DNA of 64,000 nt from Euglena gracilis (lineage: Eukaryota): contig CP154954.1 of the NCBI GenBank assembly GCA_039621445.1, positions 26,958,123-27,022,122 of the forward strand, given 5' to 3'. The number at the start of each line of letters is the position of its first letter. Within the stretch, counting starts at the first letter, position 1. Under the pieces are notes generated by a model that searched no databases, was not told the origin of the DNA, and saw only the letters and a program-made list of their open reading frames with translations. Positions 21,376-35,390 of the stretch are shown piece after piece. The position numbers and the translations under genes were made by a program.

Positions 21376-24300
21376 ACCACAAATCTGGGCACTTTTTGCA
21401 GCCCCGAAGCTCAAATAATTTCCTTTGTGCCCCCCCTCCCCTCCCACTATTTCATTTTATACCCTGTCCACAGCTGGCCAGCTGGACGCGACCCCCCCCC
21501 CCAACCTCCACTCCAATGGTTTGCGGTGGATCCCCCAGCCACACATATGCCCACCATAGCTCTATTTTAGGTTTTGCATTCCCCTTCCCCCCCCCCCAGG
21601 GGGCTGCTGCAGCCAACCCCATTTTGGTCCAGCCCTGATGCGGCACCCCCCCCCCCCGCGGGTGGGTTGCTGCAAGTCCAGCTAGCCAGCCCCTTTTTTT
21701 ACTGGCTCCAAGCCGGAAAATTTGTGGCGGAACGTGCCGAAATTATTTAAACAGGTGTTCAAAATGGCCAAAATGGTGTTTTGGGTGCTTTTGGGCGTGT
21801 TTTTTTGGGGTTGAGAAGCTTATTTTTTTTCCAACGCTGCGTTTTTGCGGGCCATTTTTGGGGCAGTTGTCTGATTTCAGCCCAGAGCCCAGCCCGGCTC
21901 AGGTTCAACCCCCTCCCGGGAGGGGGGGGGCTGGCCGGCCTAATAGGAGCGCCGGCCTAGTAGGAGCGCACCCCCCAGCAACCCAACCCCAAAGGGGAAG
22001 CCAGCAGAGAGGGACCCACCCGCGAGGCAGTGGACCGCCCAAACCAACCCCGGACAGGGCATGGAGCACAGGTACCAGTATGTAAGGAACTACTCCGCCC
22101 TAAGGCCGAGACTTGGTGACCCGGGTTTACCTAAGCCGCGGGACCGTGAGGCCACATTGGAATTTTTCAAGTCATGGCGTTGAGCCTGCGCCATGCAGCC
22201 CCCACACAGAAAAGTGGGAAGAGGGCAGGAGGCAAGAGCAGCACTGGGGCGCAAGGGTGTAGACCCACCCACGGGAACCACACCAACCACACAAGGTGAG
22301 TGTATGTCCCTACAGCGCTGGAATTACACCAGAGTTACTCACCCGGCCAGGGGGAGCAACAAAAGAGGACTGGTGTAAGGGGTCCCTGGCCACTCACCAC
22401 GCAGCAAACTGGGCCAGAAGCGAAGTCAGCGCCGGCCATAAACAGACAAGAAGCCTCAGTGCAACTAAGGGGGGGGGGTTGGCCAGCCCAAATTTCTCGC
22501 CCTTGCCCAGCAACCCCCCTGGGTTCTTAAAGAAATGCACTCCCCCATATTATCCCACGGGGGGCCCAGGGGTGCCACCACCCCCCGCCCTGCCCCTAGA
22601 GGGATGTCCTGAGGAATCCCCTGACCTCGGGCCCAGCCCCTCCGCACTGTGGGCTCAGCCCGATCCGTTTGAGACCCAAATGGCATCCCAACCTCCCCCC
22701 TGCGCTGCCTGCGCGGCGCCGGCTGAGCGGCGCTGTCACACGTGCCGCCCGGCCACGGCTTTCCTGGCCCCGGCGTCGCTCATGTCGGACGGGACACCAT
22801 TCCCGTGTCACCATCCCCCCACAGGGAAAGCCAAGCCAGTTAGCAGCCGTCTTCCAACCTTGGGCCACCCTCCCCTATCGACAAAATTTTAACTCCTGTC
22901 CACTTGGCAGGGTGGTGACAGGCTGTTTCGCTTTCCGAGGTGCGACAATGGGTGGGCAAATGGGCCCAGGATGGGCTACCCAGCTAAACTGTTGGGTCGA
23001 AAAAATTGTGTGGGGGTTTGGGTTCTTTTTTTTTTTGCTTTTTTTTTGTTCCTGACGTCTAATGTGAGGTCGGGCCCAGTACCAACCGGGGGGAGACAGC
23101 AGCCCAATTTTTTAGGCCACTGAGCTGACCTCTGGGGGGAGGCTCGTTCAGCGACCCCCTGCACCTGGTTGTGGGCCCCATCTCAGCTTCGCCCCTACCG
23201 CACCTCTACCTCTGTCCGATGCCAACCACAGTTTACCGCCGGCGACCCATGCTGCAGTGGCCGGCCAAACAGCCCTCACCTCCCTGACGAGAGGCATTAC
23301 CTCAAGTGGTATTTCTGTGCCACAGATCTTCTTCCAACCCGACCGGCCATCTGCGAAGACTTTTTTCTTTTGTGTGAGGTGCATTATTTGTGTGTGCATG
23401 CTCAACGTCCGCTTTAATTTTGCCTTGATGCCATAGTTTGTCCTCTCCCTGTTCAGCCAGGCAACCGCCCCCCAACACAGAGGGGTGAGGCGGCCCGCTC
23501 TGTGGCCCTGCCATTTATCTCCCTCGGCCTTACCTCCCGTCTCCCCATCGGCATACCTGGTACCTTCCGACCTACCCGCCCCGCTGTCCCCCACCTGGCA
23601 CCGCGTTTGGTGGGCTTCTTTTCCACAGGAGCCCTGCTGTGGAGATTGGGGCCGTTGCCATTCGTAGGCCGCTGGCTCTCCATCCCCAGAACTCCCCTGC
23701 CCTGCACCCCTTCCCCCCAGAAACCTGCATGCCTCCCCCGGCGCTTGGACCCCCTTCTCCTTACATGCAAACTTGGCCCCCCTAAGGTTGGCCCCCTGGC
23801 CTTACCTTCAATCATCGGGCCAAGCGCCCGGGGGGGGGGGTACTTTCTCTTGGTACAGGTTCTCCCATCCCTCCACTTTCACTGCATTCGCAATTGCTCA
23901 CGCTGCAGTGGGTGACAGACCATAGATGGACGACGAATTATGTGCAGGGAGGTCGACGTTGGGTTCATGGGGAGGGGGAGTTGTCGGGATACCCGTTTAG
24001 TCCTGGGCCATAGAATGTGTATCACCAGGGGAAAAAGGATAGTCACCGAGCAGATGCAGGACCAGCCCAACTGTGACCATTCATAATTTTACGCAAAAAC
24101 TTTCAAGAACTTTTAAGTTTTTTTAGGGGGTTTTGAAAGTTTTTGGGTTTTTTTAAGGCATTCTGAGAATTTTAAGGATTATTAAGGTGTCTATCTTCCT
24201 TCCAAGGCGCGGCGCGGGGGTCGTTGTCAGTGGGGGTGTGTCTGTGTGTTTGTTGGCATTTGGGGCGGGAACACGGGTGAGAAACCTTAACCCTAAACCC

Positions 24301-25747
24301 AACCGACAACCAACCCACCAACACCAGTGACCTGCCTGCCACACCTGCCACACCCCCTGCGGGTCAGGGAGGTACAGGATGTAGCGGCTGCTGCAGGGTG
24401 GCGAGGTGGGTGGCGGTGCGCGGCGAGGACGGGGAGGGGATCCGTCTAAATAATTTATATGTGACAGAAAGGAAAGAAAGTTGTGCGCTTTGCGCACAGG
24501 CGCACACCGACACCAACCAAAAAGGCTTTAGTGATTTTTTGCCGAACCCGCCCCGGGGGGGGGGTAGGGGGTCCGGGCCAAAAACCAGTCAGTCACTCCA
24601 AAAAAACCAGTCACCCACCCCCCGGGGGGGGGGGGAGGGTCGACCAGTGCTTAAAAAATTGTCTGACCCTGACCACGCCGGCCGCAGCGCAGCGCAGCCA
24701 CGCCGTGAGGGAGAGAGGAGAGAACCCCCTGCTGGGTTCGTCTTAAGTTGTCATTTTTTTGGTCTTCAAATGTTCACCAAATGTTCACCAAAGGTTCTTT
24801 TTTGGAGTGTTTACGATTTGTGCACTGTTTCACAATGGTGGTTTTTTTTCTCCAAAAAAATACTGTTCTATGGGTCGGTGTGCGCATTTGTGCAAATGGT
24901 TCACAACATTTATCCCTTGTTTTACACTCCCAATAATTCAAGTCCCCTCCCTCATCTATATTTCCCATATTTGTCGGCGCCGGAAAAATTTTTGGCCTTT
25001 TTTGCATGTTTTTGGTCAAATTTCTTTTGGATTCCAGAGTGGCCGACCCCCCCCCCCCCTGGGGGGTAGTGACTGACTGGTTTCCCGAAAAAAAAGTGAC
25101 TGGCTGGTTTTTCAAAAAGTGGAGTGACCCCCCCCCCCGGGGGTCGGTAAAAAATTGTATGGTCAGGGTTTCCGCCGTACCGCCTGCCGCGCCGCGCAGC
25201 ACGTACCGCTGGTTCAGATTGGGATCTATCTTCTGAATGATTCTTTTGAGTGAGGGGAATTGGTAGTAAAGGAAAGCGATTGCACCATTTGTGCAAATGC
25301 GCACACTGACCAAAAAAAACGTTGTAGAAAATAGAGTGACCCGAAGGGAGGGGATTGCCGAGGAGTATTCAACTTCACTTGATTGCACGCATGCGTTGGA
25401 CTGTTTGCGCATTTGAGTTCATCGACACACAATTGCTCCGTCGTATTACGTCTGCTATGTGTTCCCATCGGTTTTCTTACCCCTTGCCCCAAAAGCAGCC
25501 TCATCGCCTGTTCACACTCTCACAGCAGTTGCCTGTTTTTCAAAGTTTAAACATAATCCAAAACAGGGTTCTTTAAATGCAATATGTATGAGCGTTGTTA
25601 TTCCATTTTCCCTACACCACAAACGACAGTCACATACACATTTTACCAGGTCAGTCGTTACTTACAAATTCAAATGTCGATGTGCGCATTTGCGCACATT
25701 GACATTTAAATTTTACGTGATTATTTCACATCACCCAAAATCACGTA

Positions 25748-25852
25748 CCTCCCCCCCCTTGTCGTTGACACGGCGTGTCGTTGACCCCCCCCCCCCCCCC
25801 GTGTCAACGGCACTCTCCTGGAACATTGGCGTGCCAACGACAAGGGGGGGGG
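25748..25852. mobile_element. Miniature TA-flanked MITE (Tc1/mariner-like target)
   Basis: TA|CCTCCCCCCCCTTGTCGTTGACAC ... GTGCCAACGACAAG(n)|TA. Confidence 0.7.
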
Positions 25853-25878
25853 TAACCCTGCCACTCATCCCACCCTCT

Positions 25879-25944
25879 AATTGGAACGATGATTTGTGTG
25901 GATGTGCGCAATTGCGCACATCGACACAAATCATCGTTCCAATT
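25879..25944. repeat. 66-bp spacerless palindrome with one mismatch
   Basis: AATTGGAACGATGATTTGTGTGGATGTGCGCAA|TTGCGCACATCGACACAAATCATCGTTCCAATT. Confidence 0.95.
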
Positions 25945-28900
25945 TCCACATTCCAATTAGAACCAGGTTCTAATTCATAGTGATATGTTTGCCCAACCCT
26001 TTGTACAACTCAAAATAATAAGGGTCCCCCCACACTCCCCAAATGTCTCCATTTTTCTTAAAAGTGACAATTTTTAACGTTTTTCAGACCCTCCAAAATA
26101 AATTGGACGGCATACAGTTCCTCACACCATTTGGACAGGCATCCAAATCCGTCACTTTCAACAGGTCATGCAGGGTCAAAAACCTAAAATCCGCACCCGT
26201 CGATTCTGGCGGGCGCAACCACCAGGGGTAGTTTTCGTACACTCCAGGCTATACCCCCGTATCGCTGGTGAGGGCGCAAAAACACAACTTGTGGGAGAAC
26301 AGACAACACACATTTGGTGGAACGCTCCAGTCGCGATTTCAGTTAGGATCGTGTATTCAAACCTTCCGTGAATTAGAAACTTCCTTCTAATTCTCGTACA
26401 TACCAAGAAATAATTTCGGTGGAGGCAATCAGCGGATTCGGGGTTTTGCAAAAAATATCTATTTGCGCTATTGCGCACATCGACAAAGAAAAAACCCTTA
26501 AGTGCGAGATGTGCTGCCTACGAGGAGGTCTGACCCCTTCCTGTCCTGCCAACCTCTGGCTTCTCGTGTCAGTCCCCTGCCAGCTTCCCAGCCTCACCCC
26601 ACACGGCGTCCCCAACCCCCGTCCAAATGGTCACAGAGCCAAAGGTGCCCTGGGGCCGCTTGACCCAAAGGCTTGTGGTGGGCCTGCTGCGCTTGCCTGC
26701 GTGTAACCCACTGTTGGGTGACGGTTTGCCAAACCAGTGCCATCCCCAGGATGCTGGTCCTTCCGGCTTGACCAGAGGGGGTCGGGGAAGCTGCCGCAGA
26801 CATGGGTTGGGCGGTGAATTACTTTTGGAAGTATTGTGGCGCCCCCAAAAATGAGAAGTGCTTCAATCGCGTTTCCTACCCTGGATTATTCTTTAAATCC
26901 AGGGTTGGGGTCATAGATTCGCTCAACACCTTTGCGACCCTACCCCCCAGGGGTTTTGAGAGTGGGTGGCTGGGGCCACTGGACCCCACCCCCTTGTGAT
27001 GGGGTGCGCCATGGTTTGGTCTTTGGCCCACCAGAATTTCAAAGGGTTTCGGCTGATTTTGGGTGGGTTTTGGGTGGGTGGATGGGTGGGGGTTTCGAGA
27101 GAGAAAGTGGGTGGGTGGGCATGCATGCGGGAAGCAGTGCCCCCCCCCCCCAGGGTCATAGGTGAATCTATGGTGGGGGTCCAGCCAGCTTGCCCTTGGC
27201 CTGGAAAGAGACTTGGCTGCTGCTTCCACAGCTGGCCGGTGGACGGTGCCAAAACGACCATTGGCACAATCCCCTCAAATTCTGTATGTTCAAGTAATTT
27301 TGCGGGGGGGGAAGGTCGAAAAGATCCGTCCAAATTATTTTTTGCCCCCTTCACAAGGAATACCATGAAAAAAATGGTCTTTTTGGAAAACCAGGAGGCG
27401 TTAATCACAAAAATCATTCCAAAATGCTTCACCGTATGAAGCATCAAATCATGTTACAATTATTAATGAAAACAGCATTTGACAACAATTGCTTTAGGAA
27501 AAGTGGTCAATCGTTCCATAAATGGTTTTGGGAACTGCCAATTCGCTGCCCAGTGGGCAGGGGCCAAAAAAACGGCCCACCAATTTTCCAAGAGGCAAAG
27601 TTATTTGGAGGGGGGCGTTAGTACCTGCGTGGCAAAGCACTCTGAGACCCCCCAAGCCGAATTCAGCCTGAAGGGGATGGGGCATCCAGCCAGCCAGTCC
27701 CCTTTTCAGCCAGCAGCTCCCAGCTGCAAAACCAATTTTTAGGGAAGGTGAAAGGGGTCAAATTTGTCGGGAAAGTGCTGCTTTTTGTGCAGCACATCTA
27801 ATCAGCTTAACTTGTTTTGGCAAAAAAAAAGATTCTGAGCCAGCTGGGATTGAGTTCCTTTGCTAGGTTTCGGGAACCAGCCAGGTCCAGCCAGCTGTTC
27901 GAGCCAGAATGGAGGGGGATCAGATTGTTCTGCGAACCACGGTCCCCAACCTGAGCATGGTTTTGAAGAACCGTGCTTGGGGGGGGGGCTGATCGAGGAG
28001 TATTTTTATTTTCCCTCGATTAAAGTTGGCTGTGCCTTTTTGGAGTATACACGGGTATTTCGAAGATTTTTGGCTTTCTTCCCCCACCTGGTTTCGGCTG
28101 TCTGCCAACACCTGGAAGGGGGGGGGTATAAAACACTGACTTAAGGCTGTTTAGTGCCGAATGCAGGGTGTGACAGACCAGTTATTTTTTTCCCAACCCC
28201 GAGATTTGGCTGGCCTGTCGAATTTGGGGGGAGACAACGTCAAATTGCCCCCCCCCCCCCACACATATTTACGGCCGTAGACAGATAATCTGGGAGTCCA
28301 GCCCGCCAGAATGGAGGACGTTTCAGAGTTTCTTTTGAGCAGAATCCTGAACTTACAGGAGGTTGATTGCTGCTTATATGCAGCCACCAATTGCATTGCT
28401 TGCTTGCTGTTCCCATTGAACATATGCAACAGCATGGCAACAGCATATGCAGGACTGTACGGGAATCCCTGCAACCCTATGGGTGGTGGGTGCGGAGGTC
28501 AGACCCCCCCCCCACCCCCATCCTGGTGGGTGGGGGGTCTGACCTCTCCCACCAGGCCTTCCCGTATTTCCAATTTTTAAGTCAAAAGTTTCGGCGCCTT
28601 CGGAACCGAAGGAGTTTTCTTTCCGCAGGTGCTGTGGTGGGTGGGGTGTCGACTCCACCCACCTCCTTGGTGCGGGGGGGGGGGGGTCGACCCCTCACAA
28701 GGCCTTCCCATACAGCCTTGAGCATCTCTCCTCTTTTTGATATACATTGAATATGGAACGCATGGCGCCGTTGTGAGTGGGCTGGACATCTTGGCAAATT
28801 GCTGCTTGCCAGTTGTGGTCGCAATTTATTTGCTCCCGTCCATTTAGACGTTTGGGCACAGGGCCGGTCTTTCAGGAACCAGATTCTTTTTTTGTTAAAG

Positions 28901-29232
28901 ATTTCCTTTAGGGGCGGCCAACGGCCGACCTGGGCATCAAAAAAAAAAAGTCGAAACAACCCATTTTTTGACGTTTTGGGGGATGGTCGATGGTCCTAAG
29001 GATGTCAGAAATCACTTTTTTCCCCGGAACTCGGCCCACTTGCCCAAAAAATGGCCATTTTTTGTCCATTTTCTCTGCGGATTTTTCATAGAACGTGCTG
29101 GGATGTGATTTTTTTTTGATTTTGTAAGGACCATCGTTGGCCATCGTTTGTTGGAGGTACTAGTGCGCCATACTTTGTTCCTCGTTCCAGTATGGGTTCC
29201 TTTATACACACACACATGTGTGTGTGTGTTGT

Positions 29233-29792
29233 GTGTATGTATGTATGTATGTATGTATGTATGTATGTATGTATGTATGTATGTATGTATGTATGTATGT
29301 ATGTATGTATGTATGTATGTATGTATGTATGTATGTATGTATGTATGTATGTATGTACGTATGTATGTATGTATGTACGTATGTATGTATGTATGTATGT
29401 ATGTATGTACGTATGTATGTATGTGTGTATGTATGTATGTGTGTATGTATGTATGTATGTATGTATGTATGTATGTATGTATGTATGTATGTATGTATGT
29501 ATGTATGTATGTATGTATGTATGTATGTATGTATGTATGTATGTATGTATGTATGTATGTATGCATGTATATATAAATGTATATATGTATTTCTGTATGT
29601 ATATATGTATGTATGTCTGTATGTATGTATGTATGTATGTATGTATGTATGTATGTATGTATGTATGTATGTATGTATGTATGTATGTATGTATGTATGT
29701 ATGTGTGTGTATGTATGTATGTATGCATATATGTACGCAACGCGTGCATAAAAGCACGCACACACGCGAATACACGTACGCAGACATATATA

Positions 29793-29858
<66 letters not shown>
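29233..29858. repeat. Compound microsatellite: (TATG)n, then (TA)n at 29786-29858
   Basis: Direct reading. Confidence 0.98.
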
Positions 29859-29861
<3 letters not shown>

Positions 29862-30755
29862 GCATTTGAATAGAAAATCCCTAACGCGTTGTTTTTCTAT
29901 AAAACATGTACTTTTTATGTCCCCTCCTCTTTTCATTCGAAAAATTTTATGCCCCAAGGTTTTTAGGTGGTCTATTTCGCACTTAAGTTTTTTACCTTTT
30001 TTTTGCACAATTGCTCAAACGAATTGAGATTTTCTGCATTTCAATCCTCGTCGAAAAAACCCCTGTTTGGGTCTTTTCACCTGGTGGCACATTTTTGGCA
30101 ATGTGCAGAAATGATGGTTTGCAACTCGAGTGTCACTTAAAACATGTGAAGAACTCAAAAAGGGCCTTATTGACAAACTCAGCTCTTTTTTTTTTGTCTG
30201 ACACTGGAGCCAGAGATTCCCACAAATTCGTGCCACAAATAATCACGAATAATCACGAACCAGCACCATCATCATTATCAGAGTCATCCTCTCACCTGTT
30301 TCTTCCTGATGAAAATTTTATGGGATTGGAGAACAGGTGGTTGGTGTTCGGCAAGATGGCATGCTGAATGGGGCATCATCAATATTTTTTTTTGGCATTG
30401 TTGGCACTCTTTTTTTTGGCTTATTGTCGCAATTTTGTGCCCTTTCCATCCAAATTTGTAAATTTTGGCCAGTTGTCAATCATTTTCTACCATTATTGGG
30501 CCACTATTGGCCATTTCGGGCATTTTGAGTCAACTTTGGAATATAGGTATCTTTTTTGTTTTGTTCTGCAGCCCTCTTTGAGCTTGACCCAGGGACCGAG
30601 ACCCCTTCAGAGATGAGGTTTTTTGCAAAATTCAGCAATTTTTGAACAAATTCCTGCAAAATTCCACAAAATACTGCAAAACTGTATTTTTTTTATATAA
30701 AATGTGTATTCAGGAAACGTGAAAAACCAGACGCTTTTTTTGGCAGCACGAAAAA

Positions 30756-31460
30756 TCACAGATAATCAGGGTCGTCAGCGCGAATTTGTGGGATTCCCTG
30801 CTGGAGCCCTCGGAGCGTCCTCAAAGCCTTGTGAAAACAGTCCCCCATTCCTGTTTTCCTAACTGACAAATATCCAACCAAAGGAATTTCAAAAAAATCC
30901 TTTTTTGTTTTCACCTGCACAACCATTTGGAATAGGAGATTGGCATCAGGGAAGAAAATCCATGGTGTACCGGTTTGATAAATTGAGGTCGGCAGGAGGG
31001 GAGAGTGGCAGGCATTTTCGGAGTGACAGAGCGACCGAGAGGTGAGGGCACCAGTTTCAGTGCTGACGACCGACATGGGGGAAGTTTAGATATTCCCTGG
31101 TTTCTTGTCAGGCTGTAAGACATCGAAATCTTGCTCCTGTCTGACGGCTGGAGGAAAGATGTGTAACAAGGTTTAAAATGCCTCTCAGGGGAACATGCTA
31201 GATGACACCGGTCATGCATCAATTTCTGAAAAGCAAAAGATCACGCAGTCACAAATTTCCCTCCTCTGAAAAACCCTGAAAGACTTTTTTGAAACTGAAA
31301 GGGTTTAAACTGTAATCCCCTGGGTCGAAGTGCCATCTGCTGATGGCATCGCTTTTCATGCTTTGGGAGGGGGCCCAGTGAACTTGGAGGGTGATGCCCA
31401 TTTCCATACACCACTTGAGAAAGGGTCTGATGAGTTTGTTCAGGTGGGGTCCAAAAAAAT
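30756..31460 (-). pseudogene. Degenerate RNase H region of a divergent DIRS-like element
   Basis: LNKLIRPFLKWCMEMGITLQVHWAPSQSMKSDAISRWHFDPGDYSL aligns with FNSMLRPFFKWCMEHNVNLQVKWVPSKECLADPISRWEMDRGDYSL of the 43250 ORF. The left boundary is approximate. Confidence 0.8.
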
Positions 31461-32278
31461 GGCCATTTTTGGCCATTTTCGATACTTTTGGCTTCGCTGG
31501 GCTGCGCACAGCCCAGCTGGGAACTGCTGGCTGGAAAAGTGCTGGCTGGCTGGACCCCCCCCGGGGGGGGGTAAGGTGGGGTCTGGCTTTACTTGCTTTT
31601 GGGCAGCTTCACAAAATCTTGGCCAAAAAAAGTCCAACCAAGCTGGATTTGGGCTTTTTTTGGCTATTTTCAGGTGGCAGTCAGCTACAGCCTGGCAGCC
31701 CCTTTGGACCCCCACCCGGGGTCCAGCCAGCATCTTCTTTTTCCAGCTGGCCAGCTGGACCTCCCCCCCAGGGGTATTTTAAGGAATTCCCCATAGAAAC
31801 AGAGTTTTCACACACCTTCGCGAACACCTCATACACATACCATTACATGCTGCACAAGAGAGCACTTGTTCCGATGTGTGAAAACAAACCGGTGGCCCTG
31901 GTCTTTCCGTTGACTGATGGCATCTTCAAATTTTTAGTGGAAATCAAGAGTGTACGACGCCGGCCTGCGAAACAACTGAATGAAGGGCACGGTGAGCACC
32001 CGAAACTCACTCTGCAAAAGGGGGTTGAACAGAGGCATTTTTAAACGACCGAGAATGGCTTAACTCCCTGGCCCTAGGAGTGGTGTAAATGGGACCCGGT
32101 AATAACCGTGGCGTACACCACCGTGGCGTACACCACCGTATTTGCAAATTTACGTTGATGTCGGATGACTTCCAAAACTCCGAACCAAAAGTTTGTGAAA
32201 ACAGGGGGTACAGATTGAAGTTTCGAATGGTCTTTTGTTGTTAATTCTATTTGTATGGGTGGTTTTTGGGACACAGAC

Positions 32279-32615
32279 CAGGCTTCTGCTTAAGGGATTG
32301 CAGTACCCCAGGGGGGGGGGGGGGCTGGACTGCAGCTTGTCCAAATTTGGCTAGTGGGCCCGGGGGGGGGGTCTGCTAGCAAGGCTAGCTAGTGGAAAAA
32401 AAATTGGGATTTTTTGGAACAAAATCAGCCAAAAACTTCAAAAAAACTCATTTCCACCTCGGCGCACAGCGCCGGAGGAAATTTTTTTTCCAGTTGGGCG
32501 GACCTTGGGACACCCCCCCCCGGGGGGGGAGGGGGGTCTAGCTAGTCCATTTTTTCCAGTGTCTTGCCGATTGGCTAGCCAGTACCCTCCCCCCGTGTCC
32601 TTAAGCAAAAGCCTG
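32279..32615. mobile_element. hAT-type MITE with GCTAG subrepeats
   Basis: TIRs CAGGCTTCTGCTTAAGG / CCTTAAGCAAAAGCCTG. TSD ACACAGAC / TCACAGAC matches at 7/8. Confidence 0.88.
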
Positions 32616-34689
32616 TCACAGACTGACAATTTTTTAGACGCATACACGAGTTTTGGGACACATACTGCATCCAGGGATTTTTTTAAGTTTGGACCCCCGG
32701 GGGGGAGGTAGGGTGGGTGGGTCCGGCCGAGCCCCCCCCGGGGGGGGGTCCCCCCGGAGGGGGGTGGGATATAATTTTCGGCGCCGCAGGCGCCGAAAAA
32801 AATTCTATTTTTAGCACTTTTCGCGATTTTCGGCCATTTTTTGTGGGTCCGCGGACCTGCCTCCCCACCCGGGTGGCGCCAGGGGGTGGGTGGGTGGGGG
32901 GGTTCCCCCCCACCCACCCACCCTAAGGACAGATTTACTGCATCCCAGTAAATCTGTCCTTAAACCAACTCCAAAATGCCAAAAAAAAAACAAAACGCCA
33001 AAATGCCATTATTTTTTTTAATTTCAGTTGCCCAAATGTGTGAGCTAAGTCCATAGTCATTTGTTAAGGGTGAAGTGGACAATCTCAGATGTTGCCCCCC
33101 CCCCCCCCCCGCCTTTCATCCAATAATTGCCTGGGGGGCCCTCCTCTGGGGACGAAACATAACCATTTATGTTCATCCCTTCTCTTCGGGTATCTTGTAA
33201 TGATGACTCTCTTTACGAGGGAAAGCTTTTTACGAGGCATTTTTCAACAACAAAAAAAACGATTATTAAAGTGCAAAGAAAGAGGACAAGCAAAGAGGGA
33301 TCTGGTTGTTTCAAGAGTGTGGAATGGTCAGGAAATGATGATAAGCAACCATTATTTTTAAGCACACATTCTTAAACTTTTTAAGTTTTTTTGACACGTT
33401 TTAAGGTTTGTTAAGGTTTTTAGGATTTTTAAGGTTCTATTTTTCAAGGGTGGTCCAAGGGCGTTCTGTCAGAGAATGGGGTGCAATCAAAAAAGAGTTG
33501 AAGCACCCATTTGTTGAATTTGGGCGGAAAGATAACGTTCCAGCGATGCCACACATCATTTTTCCCTGCAGAGCTGGCTATTTTGTTTTTTGGGCCATTT
33601 GCCGAGATTTTGATTTTGCTCAGGTGGAGATAAATTTTGCCAGACTGATTTTTTTGAGGTTTGTTTAAAGTGGTTTTAAGGTTTTTCTAAGGCGCCTCAA
33701 ACAATAATGCCTGGAAATGAGGTCTGAAGGTAATTGAAAAGTGAATCCATGAATGATGTCATCGGTCGGTGCCCATGTCCTCTCCGGCTGTAACGATGGT
33801 TGAAGGTCAGATTTCGTTTGTCCAGGGGGGCTGACCAAGGGGGGACTGGGGGGGGGGGGGGCGACAGCAAGCGGGGGTGTTGGCACGAAGAGGCAGGACT
33901 GTAGACGCATAGGTGGTGACCCCCAACCCCCACCCTGGTAGGTCTGACCACCCCTCCCCCACCACGCCTTCCTGTAACAGCCCTGTGGAGGGGGGGGGAG
34001 ACGGTCAGTGTGTGTTGCTGGGTGACTTCGAGGTATTGTGGGTGCATCAAGGAGGATTGCTGTTGCCCCCCCCTCTCCGCTGGCAGGACCGGACCCCATC
34101 CCCCCCCCCCCGCCATTCCTGTCAGCGGCCCCCACCGCCCCAACCACTGTCCGCCGTGTCCGCGCTCCCGTGTGGCGCGTGAAGAGCGTTGCCAGCCACC
34201 CTCATCGCCGCTGTGTGCACAGTGTGGCACGAACTCGGGTGAGGGTGGGAGGGGGTTAGGTTGGGAGGGGGTGGCTGTGGGATGGGGATGCCATTTCCGG
34301 TGGGACGCTGGGGGTTTAGGGTGGGGTTGCTAAGCTCTTCTCTATTCCGAGTGAAGCTGACCACCATGCCCCTGCGATGAAAACCGCGGATTATAATCAC
34401 CATGACCCTGGCCCCGTTCCCAAATTTTTTTTTCAGCTACAAGGAATTGGATCCCAACTTTCTGGATCACCTCCGTTTGAGCCCCAACTCCCTTCCAGGC
34501 CCCAGTTCTTTAGCCGACAAGGGGCCCAAACTGGGTGGATTAGCCAACCCCCCCCCCCCGTTTTGACTGTGCTATTTCTCCAGGTGAAATTTTTCGATCA
34601 AAAACTTTTGACCGAAAATTGATTTTAAAACTGACTTTCCAATAATATCTCGAGAAAACGGTCATTATTTCTGAAAGTGTCTGCCAGAC

Positions 34690-35390
34690 CAAATGTACCC
34701 CTGGATACTCTTAACACCCCCCATTCGCCGGTTTTGCACGCCGGCACGCCTTGCCCGTGTTTCAGCTCGGTTTTGTTGCCCAAAACGGCCATTTTGGGAG
34801 TTTCTGGCTGTTTTTTTTTTTGGTAAAAAAATCGAATTTTTTAAAAATATCTCGAAAATGAAGCGAAGTCAAAGGAAATGTCTGACCAAAAATGAAGCCC
34901 TTGGAACGGCCTTTCCAACCATACTTTGTTTTCCCCGTAACTCCACGGATAGCCTGATTTATTGCCATAAAATGACCATTGCGAGCCAAATACTGTACAT
35001 TTGGCCTGTTTGATTGAGCCCTTTTGGGGCCATTTTGAGGTCAAGAAAATCGAATTTTCAAAATACTCCAAAATGATGGCCAATCAAAGGAAATCAATGG
35101 GGACTTAAAATAAAGCCCTTGGGTCTCTATCACCCCGGACAGGCCGCCAACTGCGTGTCTGGCCCCAAATACATGCCATTTTGGGTCAAAGACCGAACAT
35201 TTCAAAATAAAATGTTGCGGAACCAAAGGAAATCACTGGGAACTGAAATCAAGCCCCAGGGACCTTGCACCAATTTGTATAGGCTTCCCAGGACAGCTGC
35301 ACGCTTGGCCCTGTTTCAGGGTTCCAAAAATAAAAATTATCAAAGTATCCCCAAAATAATTGCCAATCCCTTAGAGCGGGCTATCTAGCG
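34690..35390. repeat. Second copy of the 1-920 repeat family
   Basis: Shared AATCAAAGGAAAT...AAGCCC subunits and a shared leader sequence. Confidence 0.75.

Noticed and set aside
21940-24080. Degenerate LINE remnants (also 38450-39250)
   Set aside because: Complex, coding-like sequence, but I could not find a recognisable RT or endonuclease motif.
29012-29873. Long ORFs of YIHT/MYVC repeats (also 4466-4784, 12190-13082 and 18948-19480)
   Set aside because: They are translations of microsatellites.
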